Shown: positions 25,720 to 36,675 of the stretch, one piece after another
Numbering within the stretch: the stretch's first letter is position 1
Layout: the number at the start of each line of letters is the position of its first letter
Made by a program: the position numbers and the translations under genes
Origin: Mytilus edulis
Taxonomy: Eukaryota
Length of the DNA: 64,000 bases
Direction: 5' to 3'
NCBI RefSeq assembly: GCF_963676685.1
Contig: NC_092355.1
Location: 38,874,001 to 38,938,000, forward strand
Notes under the pieces: model-generated
What the model was told of the DNA's origin: nothing
Seen by the model: the letters and a program-made list of their open reading frames with translations, nothing else
Database searches by the model: none

Positions 25720-26925
25720 ATGGCGGTAACTCAAACCATTAAGACAACTACGTTCCACAGATTCAAACGAGATGATGAAAAACACGCAGAGTTTCACGAA
25801 AGTTCAGACTTATTAGAGGGACACGGAATCTTGATCGTTATATTTTTGCTAATAATTTTAGTAATAGTTGCAGTAGTCATACTTGTCATAATGTGCAGAA
25901 AAGGGCGTTTCCGTAGACAAAAAGAGTCAAGTAATGCAAATCATACCCGATGCCATTGTTTTCTCAACAGAGGTTTTCAATTAGAACAAGGTGTTTCATC
26001 ACAGAACTGTTCCTGTCAGCAACCCCGTTTAGCGGAATGTATGCAAAACAGATATCCAATTAATAATCATAATGGATTCATTTCGAACCATAATCATGGA
26101 CAATTCCAAAATATTCCAAATACCAACTTTAGACCTAGTCATTATGATGAAAGAACAAATACTGCAGTATCAGGTTTTCAAGGGACTATAAGACAAGCAC
26201 CAAGTCCAATTCAAAATGAATGTGAGCAAATTGTACAAAGTCACGCGAGCCCTTCAGTTGGCGAAACGGTAGCTGATTATTCAAATAGCGAAAACGAAGA
26301 CGACGAAGAAGAAACACACCCAATTTCAATTCCTAATCAAGAGTTATTTACTAATATTCCTCCTCAACTTTTACAAGTGTGCGAACGAAGTAAAACAATA
26401 CATGTACACAATAAAGAAGTTGTGTTCATTTCAAGAAGAGTGACGGATAAGGGAGATAACTTAGTATTAGATGGCATGGGTATATCATTGTTTGTTCCTC
26501 CTGAAGCTGTTAAAAAGAACGAAACAAAAATAATCGTCCTGGTTTTAAATTGGGATTTAAGTGACAACCCATATATGTCAGACAAACAAGCATTAGTATC
26601 ACCAGTGGTGTATGTTGGTCCCCATGACCTTAAATTAGACAAACCATGTACACTTAGTTTCAAACATTGTTCTTTTGATCCGAGACATATCCAGGTAATG
26701 AAGAGCGAGACTGAATTGATCGAGTCTAAAGATTGGGTCGAACATTGCTCTTTAACTGAGAATAGTGGTGCTTGTGTGGTGACACCAGACGAATGTCAGC
26801 TTCAAATTGACTCGTTTACCTTATACACGTGTTTACAATCGCCGACAGGTTCAGATGATTGTAAAAAATGGCTGCAGGTGGCTGCATTTTCAAGTCCTTT
26901 ACAAAACAGCATTAATCACCAACAG
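25720..26925 (+). CDS. UNC5CL: UNC5CL-like coding exon 1 (TM helix + linker + ZU5)
   Basis: TM ILIVIFLLIILVIVAVVILVIMC followed by RKGRFRR; ZU5 GISLFVPPEAV...VSPVVYVGP...LDKPCTLSFKHC. Acceptor TTCCAG at 25674-75, donor CAG|GTATTA at 26926. Confidence 0.9.
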
Positions 26926-27647
26926 GTATTATACAGCATAGTATATATAGTTTTTTTTACGGACCAAATAATATTTTATTAAGTCTTGTTGGGTTTTTTT
27001 TGCGAAAGAGTTCAATAAACATATTTACAACAATTACCACAAAGTAACATGGTTTTCTTCTACTTGTAAATGATGATGTGATTGTTGTTTTAAAGAAAAT
27101 ATTATAATCGTAGTATATTCTCAAATGTACACACCATATACATGAATGTAAAATACCATTTATTGAATTTTGCTTTCCTAAAATCTAGTGGCAAGTATTT
27201 CTTACATACTCGGGACCAAAACAATTAGGTTTTCTAGGTTAATCGACCAGAATAAAGGTAGGAAAAGTTGGATGGCTCTTTAAAATGCTCTATGTTGGAA
27301 AAAGGTAGAACGTTTTATCTTGCAACAGTACAACTACCAACTGAGTTGTTGCAACCGATTTTTTAAACGTGCAATGTCCGTAGCATGCTTCGTACACGGG
27401 CATTGTATAAAAGTAATTTATAACCATTTCGATTTGACGTGTCTGTGTATTAATTTATACATAACGCACAGTGAAAAGTACCAAAGAAATAGAAGAATTT
27501 GTTTGCTAAAAGTCCAGTCGGAAATATTTCAAGCTGATGTGGGGTTATTGTAAATGAGACAGCAATCCGATGAATCAGAAGCCGAAAACCGAAAGAGTGA
27601 AGACTTCTTGATGTGTTTGTAATCTTAATGTTTATTTTTTAATTTAG

Positions 27648-27790
27648 GTGCGTGTTTATTTTCTAAACAAGACACCATGTGCATTACAATGGGCAATCCA
27701 GAACGAGGCTAAGTTTGGTGGACAGTTGATGGGACCAGAGAAGGTTTATCTGTTTTATGGAAATGCTCAAGATATGTTTATTGCTCTTAG
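27648..27790 (+). CDS. UNC5CL: UNC5CL-like coding exon 2 (UPA)
   Basis: VRVYFLNKTPCALQWAIQNEAKFGGQLMGPEKVYLFYGNAQDMFIALR; acceptor TTTAG, donor GTAAGT. Not in the ORF track. Confidence 0.9.
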
Positions 27791-29059
27791 GTAAGTAAAT
27801 ATTCAAATACACACATGTTGCCTTTTAAATTATGGATGTAAATGAATAAAATAGTCACATGCTTATATTAAAGGGTGGTAGTACAATGTACAACTCGTAA
27901 TGCATTTCATTTGTAGTTTGGTGCTGTATAGATATGTTAGATTTTATGTGCATATATTCAATTAGTCCTTATGTTGTTTTTACAACAACATTGAACTGCT
28001 ATAAACCCCTCGCACGGTCGGATAGACTATTAGTCCACGTTAGTTTTCTAATGCATTTCATATCAACAGTTATCATCCACAAGTTTTCTGATAAGCACTT
28101 CAATTTAATCTATAGACATTTTCTTCCTGTCGGAGCAGTACTTAATAGGGGAATTACTAGACTGTTGACCCATATTGACAAACAAAAGACGAGGTCGCGG
28201 ACTACCACCTACCGGTCCGTTGCTTAGATATTGTGTAATAATATTCTTCCTTTAGTCCAACTTAATGTCAGTCAGTTATATTAATGATTACACTATCTTG
28301 AAATTTCTTTTGAGGATATATAAAGTTTAAGTTAAATATTTGAACAGTTTAAAATGTGACCCTGCATATTCTAAAGTAAACGTTATTTTGTTTGCAATAC
28401 ATGCAGATACATTGTCAAGTATTTTTTAGTTTAAAGTTTGATTATTTTTTGTTAAATTGCACAAGATTGAAGGAGTTTCATACAACATTGTTGAACAAGA
28501 TATTAGACTGTTGAACTTGCAAATACAAATGATTATTGTCTATTATCTTGTGTCGCTCAAAAATGGGAAGACCTTAAGGGTATTTTTTTTAAAGGGTATT
28601 TTTTTTAAAGCAGATGTGTGTTTGTTTACTTACTCCGTATTTGAATAGAATATTAGAATAAAATTGAACAATATTATTATAATCAATACGTATTGTGTCT
28701 TTCAAAATTAGAATAAACAGTTAATTTCAAATGTCATTCTTATGGAGGCAATTTTTTTATGTACACGAGGTGCAACTTTAAAAATAAAACTTACAGTTTA
28801 TACAATGTACATGTCGTCAATAATATTTATTAAATAAGCAAAAAAAAATAGCCGTCTCTTCTTCATCTAGAACATTAGCTTCTCCAATATTCATGTGCAT
28901 AAAATACAGGTCAGACATCATCTAATGACAATACATTAGAAAAATAATTCTTTCTCTCAGCCAATTCCGGAGGGTTTACAGAATAGAAAATGATGGACAA
29001 AAAGTGGAGAGTTAAGGAAAAAAAGAATAGAAAATAATGGACAAAAAGTGCAGAGTTAA

Positions 29060-29442
29060 GGATGTACTTAGGTGAAATTTTAAAAATCAAGAAATTAAAA
29101 TTGATACTACATTTTGAAAGAGCACCGGTTAAGGAACAAAATTAGCTAAAAATATTGATAGGTCATGGACCTCGTTTTCGAGATATTTGAGATTTAAAAT
29201 ATAGTGAGAAAGGCTGACTCGTACTTTTACCTTACATTTGCATTAGTATAATTAATTTGAAAGAAAAAAAATTAAGAAATTGCTCAAATTTTGGAAAATG
29301 GCCTTCTATGAGCTATTGAAGTATTTTATAAAAAGAAAAATGGGTGTTATGGGGAAATTTTTTTTAACCCAGTACTGATGGAAAAATACCAAGGAGTCCG
29401 AACATTTGACACCAATTTCCAAAACCTCACCCAAGTACATCC
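29060..29442. mobile_element. MITE with TTAA TSD nested in a ~43-bp tandem repeat (28975-29570)
   Basis: TTAA|GGATGTACTTAGGTGA...TCACCCAAGTACATCC|TTAA; intact host unit GAGTTAAGGAAAAAAAGAATAG at ~29008. Confidence 0.85.
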
Positions 29443-30667
29443 TTAAGGAAAAAAAAGAATAGTCTAAGAGAATAATTGGCAGAAAGTGCAGAGTAAAGGG
29501 GTGAAAATTCAGAATAGAGAATTTCTTTACTGTTAAATGATAAAAGAATAGAGAATAATTATTATGGACAAACTTATTAAAGAAAAGCGTTTTAAGCATA
29601 CGGCATTTCCGAGACAGATTAACGGCAAGTCAGCTAGTCCTCCTGGTCAGAATAAATGTCCAGTTAGGCAAATACTATGTCTTCCTTTGGAACATACAAT
29701 GCAGGGTTCATATCTACATGTATATCACAACATGATCTTGTTCTGATAAAGCTGTATTAGTTGCAACTGTAATATAAGGACAAATCCAAGTATCTGTCTA
29801 TAATACATTATTGCTACAACACATGTTTCTATCATGGGCATTACAATTTCATTGCAAAAAGATCATTGTCGTTATTTTTAAATACAAATGTATCTATTAC
29901 AATTAATTATATAGGTGATTTTCCATATGCGGTTTTTGTAACGTGTTTTCCTGTAGCTTGGTGCTTATCGTAAACTTTGATATGTATGATAGCTTGTTTC
30001 GAAGCTGAGACATTTTCACATGCGTGGTTAAATTTTCAGGGTACGAAGTGATATTACCTTTTCCCGTAAATTACAATGTAGCATACCCTGAAAATCCTTT
30101 CGTGATGCGGCTCCTTGTGGTAAAAAAGTTATTTGATTTTTTGTTAATAACTTTGAACACATTTGATAGCTCCATAGTCTTTATACATTTATTCTTTGTT
30201 CCTCTACTTTCCAAATCAACACAAATGGTTAAGCGCAGTCACTTTTAAAAGAAATAGAAGATGTCCAATATCACTACACAGTTATATTTTGCCTACGCAC
30301 AGCTTTTGATTTCTTCATTTTGAGGTAGGATATTGATCCAGATACTAGAAAGTACATATTTATAAGTTAGCATGATTAAAGTTTGAATGGTATAGATTTA
30401 ATATGTTGTTTTCGACTGTGTGTACCCGGCTAGTTTTGTGACCGAATGAAATGTTTTAATACACATAATGTAAATTGTTTCTATCTCTTCGAAGATACGG
30501 GTTGCTGATTTTAAGGAACTCCTGACACCGCCACTGGCTTCCATGTTGTTTTTTCGAAAAAAATATTTTATTCAGACAAACATGAATAAAATACGTCTGC
30601 GTGGATATTTATATTAGGTTGTATATATATTAAATAAAAATTGAAGTTTCTTATGTTATATTTACAG

Positions 30668-31259
30668 ATACTTGTCTGATGGTTGGAATAACGTAGACAA
30701 AGAAGTGGAAGAACATGTTCCTTATATTAACATTTGGCATGGTAAATGTCCGCATATTACAATGTGTTTTAAAAAAAATTGTCGACCTCGAGAATTAACA
30801 TTTAAATTGTTTCTCTATCAATATACACTTGAAAATGAAGGTGGAAATTTTATAGCTCACGTTACAGAAGAGAATAAACGAGATCTTCATTCCGGAAGTG
30901 GAAAAGACAATGGGAAACAGGAAATAGTAGTGACACTTCCGAGTATGCGTAATGATTTGAAACAAGACAAAGATGAAAACCGTCCTTACTCCGAACCGCA
31001 GGTTCACCTCCATTTTACAACACCAGACGTTCGGCTTGAAAAAGTTGAACAGGCGACAAAGGATTACTATCCACATGATCTCAAAGTCAAGCTAAAAGTT
31101 CTTTTAGATCCAAATAGTGCATTTGATAGAAACTGGAAAGCGCTTGCATCAGCGCTTGGAAAGGATAAATGTATTCGATATTTAGAAACAATGAATAGTC
31201 CAACCGAAAACCTCCTTTCTTATGCTGAATCCATGAAGTTGTCTTTGGAAACCTTAGCG
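30668..31259 (+). CDS. UNC5CL: UNC5CL-like coding exon 3 (UPA + most of death domain)
   Basis: YLSDGWNNVD...LKVLLDPNSAFDRNWKALASALG...YLETMNSPTENLL...LETLA; donor GCG|GTAGGT. Confidence 0.88.
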
Positions 31260-31664
31260 GTAGGTGCATTCTCCTATTCCTTTGAATTTGTAAAACAAGT
31301 GGTACTTCTTTGTCCCATTATAAACCAGTGAGGAATTATTAACCATTCGATCCAATTCAGTTGAATTCACATTATGTTAATATTTCAAGAAAACAATTAT
31401 TTGGGATTTCGCCTGTAAGATAGGGAACCGAGTATTCCCCCCTACAAATATGAAGAGTTTATCTAAGCAAACAATGTGTGCAATAATGATATATTATTGA
31501 ATAGCAATATAATATTTCCTACAAAAAGTAACCAAAAGTAATCGTGCAATAAATTCCTTTATTGCACTAGTGCAATAAATCATCAAAATTTATGACGTCA
31601 TCAACGACAAAATCTTAGTTTTAACCAATTTTTACTTTCAAATATTATATTGCTATACAATAAA

Positions 31665-31785
31665 AGGGTTAGTGCATGAATATTGGGGAATATTATCCCT
31701 TGTAGAACATATATTGCACTCGCAAGCTCGTGCAATATAAAATTCTACTCGGAACAATACTCCCCAATATTCATGCAATAACCCT
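31665..31785. repeat. Long imperfect palindrome ending a ~31480-31790 element
   Basis: AGGGTTAGTGCATGAATATTGGGGA...ACTCGCAAGCTCGT...TCCCCAATATTCATGCAATAACCCT. Confidence 0.85.
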
Positions 31786-31786
31786 A

Positions 31787-32912
31787 ATATGAGGCAGGCA
31801 TTACCTGTGAATGGGGACGAAGTTTGTTAAATTATTTTTTTTGTAATTTAAATATTTGTTAAAAAAAAGATACGGAAATACCGTAACGTTTCCGATTTTG
31901 GTTCTTTTGTTAGGGATTTTACTTGTGACGTTATTTAAGTTATGACGTCATGTTCAATGTAAACAAAGAAACGCAATGCATCAGGTAGGCCTAACGTTTA
32001 TTCATACCAAAGACAAAGAGTGATTAAAAATGAAATATTGGTATTGTGTTCCTTGAGTTCCTATATTTTACTAGACTAATCAAAGTCTCACGACAACAAG
32101 ACCGGAAGAAGGAAGTAGAGTTATGTGTTCTGCGCAGATCCGGAAATTAAAAATCGCGACAAAAAAAAAAAAAAAAATTGAACGATTTTGAGTTCATCAT
32201 GTTCATTAGTACAAAGAAAATTCGGGAAATTTTCCCGATTTTTTTTTTTTTTTTTTTTTATTGAATTTTCTACTGTAATAGGGGACTTCGTCCCCATAAT
32301 ATGAGGCATGCATTACCTGTGAATGGGGAAGAAGTCTGTATTATATTTTTTTAAATTTAAACATGTTGATAAGAGAAATGGAAATACCGTAACGTTTCCG
32401 ATATTGGTTCTGTTGTTAGGGATTTAGTTGTGACGTTATTTAAGTTATGACGTCATAATCAATGTAAACAAAGAAACGCTGTTATCCAGGGTTGAGTTCA
32501 ATATCGTAGCAGCTACGTAGTGCTACGTAGATTTTGACTATTGAACCTGTAGCTATAGACTAGTTGTTACAATGATATTGATAGCAGCTACGTAGCCACT
32601 ACGTAGCTTCTACGATATTAAACTCAACCCAGGTAACGTTTTTTTTCACATCAAACAATTATTAAAAATGATTGGGTATTGAATTCCTTCCTATATTTGT
32701 TGATATGTTGATAAATATACATTTTATTCAGTCTCATGCAAACAAGACCGGAAACGGAAGAAGACCGGAAACGGAAGTAGATCTGAAAAAAAAGTTAACG
32801 ATTTTGAGTTCATAGTAGAATGAAAAATTCGGGAAATTTTTCCCGAAATTTTTTTTTTTTTTTTTTTTTTTTATTGATTTTTCTACCGTAAATGGGGACC
32901 GTCCCCATATAA
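31787..32912 (+). mobile_element. Two head-to-tail copies of a Helentron/HINE-like element (~510 and ~615 bp)
   Basis: Each starts ATGAGGCA-GCATTACCTGTGAATGGGGA(C/A)GAAGT and ends in a hairpin GGGGAC(TTC/C)GTCCCC complementary to the 5' subterminal repeat. Confidence 0.7.
32490..32629. mobile_element. Harbinger-like MITE with CAG TSD nested in the second HINE copy
   Basis: CAG|GGTTGAGTTCAATATCGTAG...CTACGATATTAAACTCAACC|CAG; absent from the first copy. Confidence 0.8.
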
Positions 32913-34507
32913 TACAATCTGCTAAATTGCAATTGTCCAAGTGTTAAAGAGGCATAACTCTATAAAAGTAAGTCATTCACTTCTAAAATTCTATATCTGT
33001 TTGCAAGTGTTAGTTCGTTCATGTAGCATTGTATACGAGTTTCATGAAATTATCGAAAGGCAAACTTAAAATCAAAGTAAAGTGTAGAAACGAAAATGGG
33101 ACGGACAAACTTTAAGCAGCGGTAACATTTAATGCCCTCGTTTCCTAAACTTTGTTTTCGATTTATGAGCTTGAATACTCCTTTAATATTTTTCACCTGA
33201 CCTCTCTCTTTAAAAAAATGATAATTGGTCTGTGATATTCGTATTCTACATACATTATCCCTAGTGTAGACATTGTATTGCTTGCAATTATTTTTCATTC
33301 GCAATCCTATTTGTTTTTATGTTTTATTGATAAAAAGAGAAAGAAAGGAATGCGGGGCTGGGGAGGGGGGATTGCAGTTACAGTTACTAAAAGATGGTTA
33401 TAAATGATGATATTTAAAATAAGGTAATAATTTGGTACACTTTTGAACAATCATGCTTTCATCTGAGGCTATTAAACTGAATATTAAAACTTCCTTAACA
33501 TATAATAGTCCAAAGTTTGGGTAAGAGCTTCATGATAATAATTTTGTTTAAACTTATCCGAAAAGTAGAACATGCACTATATTGTAAACATGTTATTGAA
33601 AATGCAGGTGGTATTTTATAAAATGCATTTATTGTCCTAAATAATGCACTTCAAATTTACTTGAATGTGTTATCGAGACAAGTTTAATCACTTACACATG
33701 TTTATGATCTTACGCACTAAATCAACCTATGATAACGAATTTAACATAGTCTAACAAACAATCGTTATGTACCATTACTGGACCCTGTTTTAAATTCGAC
33801 AAATCTGACATCAAATACAAAAATGTATAAATTCATTCTAAAATTTATAACACACTTCAGATTGTTTTTTTTTTTGTAAATTCGTGGTGTGCTTTCTTTT
33901 GTATGTATATTTTTATTCTTCAAGTAGAATACTTCAGGATTTCGAACGTGTGATTTTTAAACAAAAGATTACCTTTTGCATTGTTTGGCACTATTTAACA
34001 TGTATTTTGACCACTTTTATAAAATTGAATACAATGGAAATGGGGAATATGTCAAAGGGACAGCAACCCGATCTAAGAGCAGATAACAGCCGAAGGCCCC
34101 ATACTGGCCTTCACTGTAGCGAACAAACCCCGAAAACTGGGCCTCAGCTAGCCCTTAAATAAAATATGTACTAATTCAGTAAACATGGACGTCATACTAA
34201 ACTCCAAAACACACAAATGAACTAAAATTTAAAAAAAACCATGGTATACACACAGCAGAGGGGATTTAGAGGGAGGCAGGGGGCCCGGACCCCCCTTTTC
34301 TGGCTGCTTATATAGGGAATCACTGAAGCATGACCGGAGTGGGCCCCCTCTTAGGCAGTCATGAATGAAAATTTCTGGATCCGACACTGCACAGTAAAGC
34401 TCAGTTTAAAAGAAGTTCAAGTCCGATGTCACATTAAGTAACAAAAGAAACTTAGCACAGTCATGTATATGCTGGTTTTGTTTTTATGTTTTTTTTTCTT
34501 TTTATAG

Positions 34508-34645
34508 GATATTTTATCATGTATTCAAAGAGAAGATGCATCAACGTTGGTTAAAGAATATATTCCACAAACAACTGGCAATGGCCGTGCAGGACACGAG
34601 TCGACTGAGAGTTCATATAGCTACAACATCCCAGAATACCAATGA
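34508..34645 (+). CDS. UNC5CL: UNC5CL-like terminal coding exon (last death-domain helices + tail)
   Basis: Long polypyrimidine tract + TAG; DILSCIQREDASTLVKEYIPQTT...PEYQ*. L-x-x-I-x-R-x-D-A is the typical death-domain end. Confidence 0.85.
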   Translation, partial: DILSCIQREDASTLVKEYIPQTTGNGRAGHESTESSYSYNIPEYQ

Positions 34646-34681
34646 AGTTCTACACAATACTTATATGAATTTGTAATTTTG

Positions 34682-34948
34682 TTTATGCCCAATTTATGGG
34701 CATTATGTTTTCTGGTCTGTGCGTCCGTCCGTCCGTTCGTTCGTCCGTCCGTCTGTCCCGCTTCAGGTAAAAATATTTGGTCGAGGTAGTTTTCGATGAA
34801 GTTGAAGTCCAATCAACTTGAAACTTAGAACACATGTTCCCTATTATGATATGATCTTTCTAATTTTAATGCCAATTTTCACGGTCCACTGAACATAGAA
34901 AATGATAGTGCGGATGGGGCATCCGTGTACTTAGGACACATTCTTGTT
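34682..34948 (+). mobile_element. HINE/DINE-1-like element with (CGTC)n microsatellite in the UNC5CL 3' region; second copy ~35786-36030
   Basis: ATGCCC..GGGCATTATGTTTTCTGGTCTGTG(CGTC)n...GATGGGGCATCCGTGTAC; two similar copies. Confidence 0.7.
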
Positions 34949-36444
34949 TGATTTATTGTAAATGTGATATTTTCGGTCATTTCGAAATTGAGATAAAATA
35001 GTAAAAATATCCCATTACTTCTGAGTAAAGAATGGACAAGGGACTGTTCATTTATTAAAGTATTATCATGATATATAAATCGAACATTCGGCAAAACAAC
35101 GAATTTAATAAATAAATTATTAGAAAAAACACTGTTGCATTCCCGAAGTTTTTTTGTAGAATACATGACTTCACGCAATATTATCAAAACTTTCAACTTT
35201 CCCACAATCTGATCATGACAGACACAAAATTAAACCTCTTCATTCTCAGATCACAAAATGATTAGACCTCAAATCTGATCATTTAAACGTGTTTAGTTCA
35301 TTCATTCGACAGCAAACATTGTCTACCTGTTCTAATAAATGCAATATACAGATTTGTAAAATCGATTTGTGCATGTAAGAAAAGAAAAGAATGTTTTGTA
35401 AATGTCATGTTCCTTTCAACAGAATGTCAACAGACTTATTTACAAACATAGACGTAAATTTATAAAATTCCCTTTTGAAATTAATGTAAACTTAATAATT
35501 TCTATTTCAAGATCATCATTATCGGTATTATATATTAAGAGAAGTGATAGTTTGTATTGGGTAGAAATGTTAGTATTTTAGAAAAAAAATGTCGTAGCAG
35601 GGCTTTTGTATATGTTTGGAATTTTTAAGAAATGTCGGTCATGCAACTTTATGTGTATTTTGTTTTGCAAAGGGTTGGTTTTCTGGTAACGAATATTATT
35701 ATGTAAAAGAACCAAAAAATTCTGATTCTCTGTAAGACATCATTGATTTTTGAATCATTTCATTTTTGAAATTATCAGATGATTATTATGCCCCATCTAC
35801 GATAGCAGAGGGACATTATGTTTTCTGGTCTGTGTGTCCCTTCGTCCGTCTGTCCCACTTCAGGTTAAAGTTTTTGGTCAATGTAGTTTTTGATGATGAT
35901 GAAACTTATTACACATGCTCCCTATGATATGATCTTTCTTATTTTAATGACAAATTAGAGTTTTTACCCCTATTTCACGGTCCACTGAACATAGAAAATG
36001 ATAGTGCGCTATCCGTGTACTGGGCTAGTGCATAATTCTAGTCTACATATTGTAATAAATTATAGTTGTCGTAAAAATCTGCACGACATTCGACAATTTT
36101 TGTTTAAGATGTCCATATTGTGTATTAGATTAAAAACGACTTTGAAGACGTATATTTGTCATGCCTAAGACTTTTTAATAAACTAAGTCAAAATAATAAA
36201 TAATACATTTATTTACAAATAAATAATTTGATTTGAAATTCGCCATTGCAGAATTTTTGAGGATCGCTTTGTTCATGTTTTACATATTAAAATGTACTTT
36301 GTTTGCATTCTTGTAAAAAACAAAAATTATATAGAAAATGATAAACATTCAAAGATCTCACTAACTTATACTTTTCAGGGAAATTTATATTATAAAAAAA
36401 ATGTTTTTGCAGTCATGGCAGGAATTCTTTTTGGACCTGTGTAA

Positions 36445-36675
36445 ATAAACTTATCATAAATACCAGTATTAAAATTTTATATTAACGCCAGACGCGCGTT
36501 TCGTCTTCAAAAGACTCGATCAGTGACGCTCGAATAAAAAAATGTTAAAAAGGCAAAAAATAAAGTACGAAGTTTAAGAGCATTGAGGACCAAAAATTCC
36601 TAAAATTTTTGCCAAATACAGCTTAGGTAATCTATTCCTGAGGTAGAAAAGCCTTAGTATTTCAAAAATTCAAAA
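36445..36675 (-). mobile_element. Hammerhead-bearing interspersed repeat (PLE pLTR/retrozyme-like); homologues at ~46085-46250 (+) and 51361-51428 (+, truncated)
   Basis: Sequence flanking the ribozyme (TTTTGGTCCTCAATGCTCTTAAACTTCGTACTT...CTGGTATTTATGATAAG) is shared among the copies. Confidence 0.65.
36485..36529 (-). ncRNA. Degenerate hammerhead ribozyme (core CUGAUCGA, 1-nt insertion)
   Basis: Reverse complement GCGTCA CTGATCGA GTCTTTTGAAGAC GAAA CGCGCGTC TGGCGT; same family as 46173-46216. Confidence 0.7.

Larger units (their letters stand above)
25720..34645 (+). other. UNC5CL: Gene model: UNC5C-like (UNC5CL/ZUD) membrane-anchored ZU5-UPA-death-domain protein, ~692 aa, 4 coding exons
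   Basis: Exons 25720-26925, 27648-27790, 30668-31259, 34508-34645; GT-AG introns, phases 0/2/0. The segments RVYFLNKTPCALQWAIQNE and YLSDGWNNVD...VPYINIWHGKCP closely resemble vertebrate UNC5CL as I recall it. No Ig/TSP1 ectodomain. Confidence 0.85.

Noticed and set aside
25759-25770. Furin-like RFKR in the short UNC5CL N-terminus
   Set aside because: A four-residue motif arises easily by chance, and no signal peptide or conservation data support it.
26926-26982. ORF-track C-terminus of the 420-aa ORF (likewise 31260-31331)
   Set aside because: Intron readthrough past good donors; the downstream exons continue the UPA and death domains in phase.
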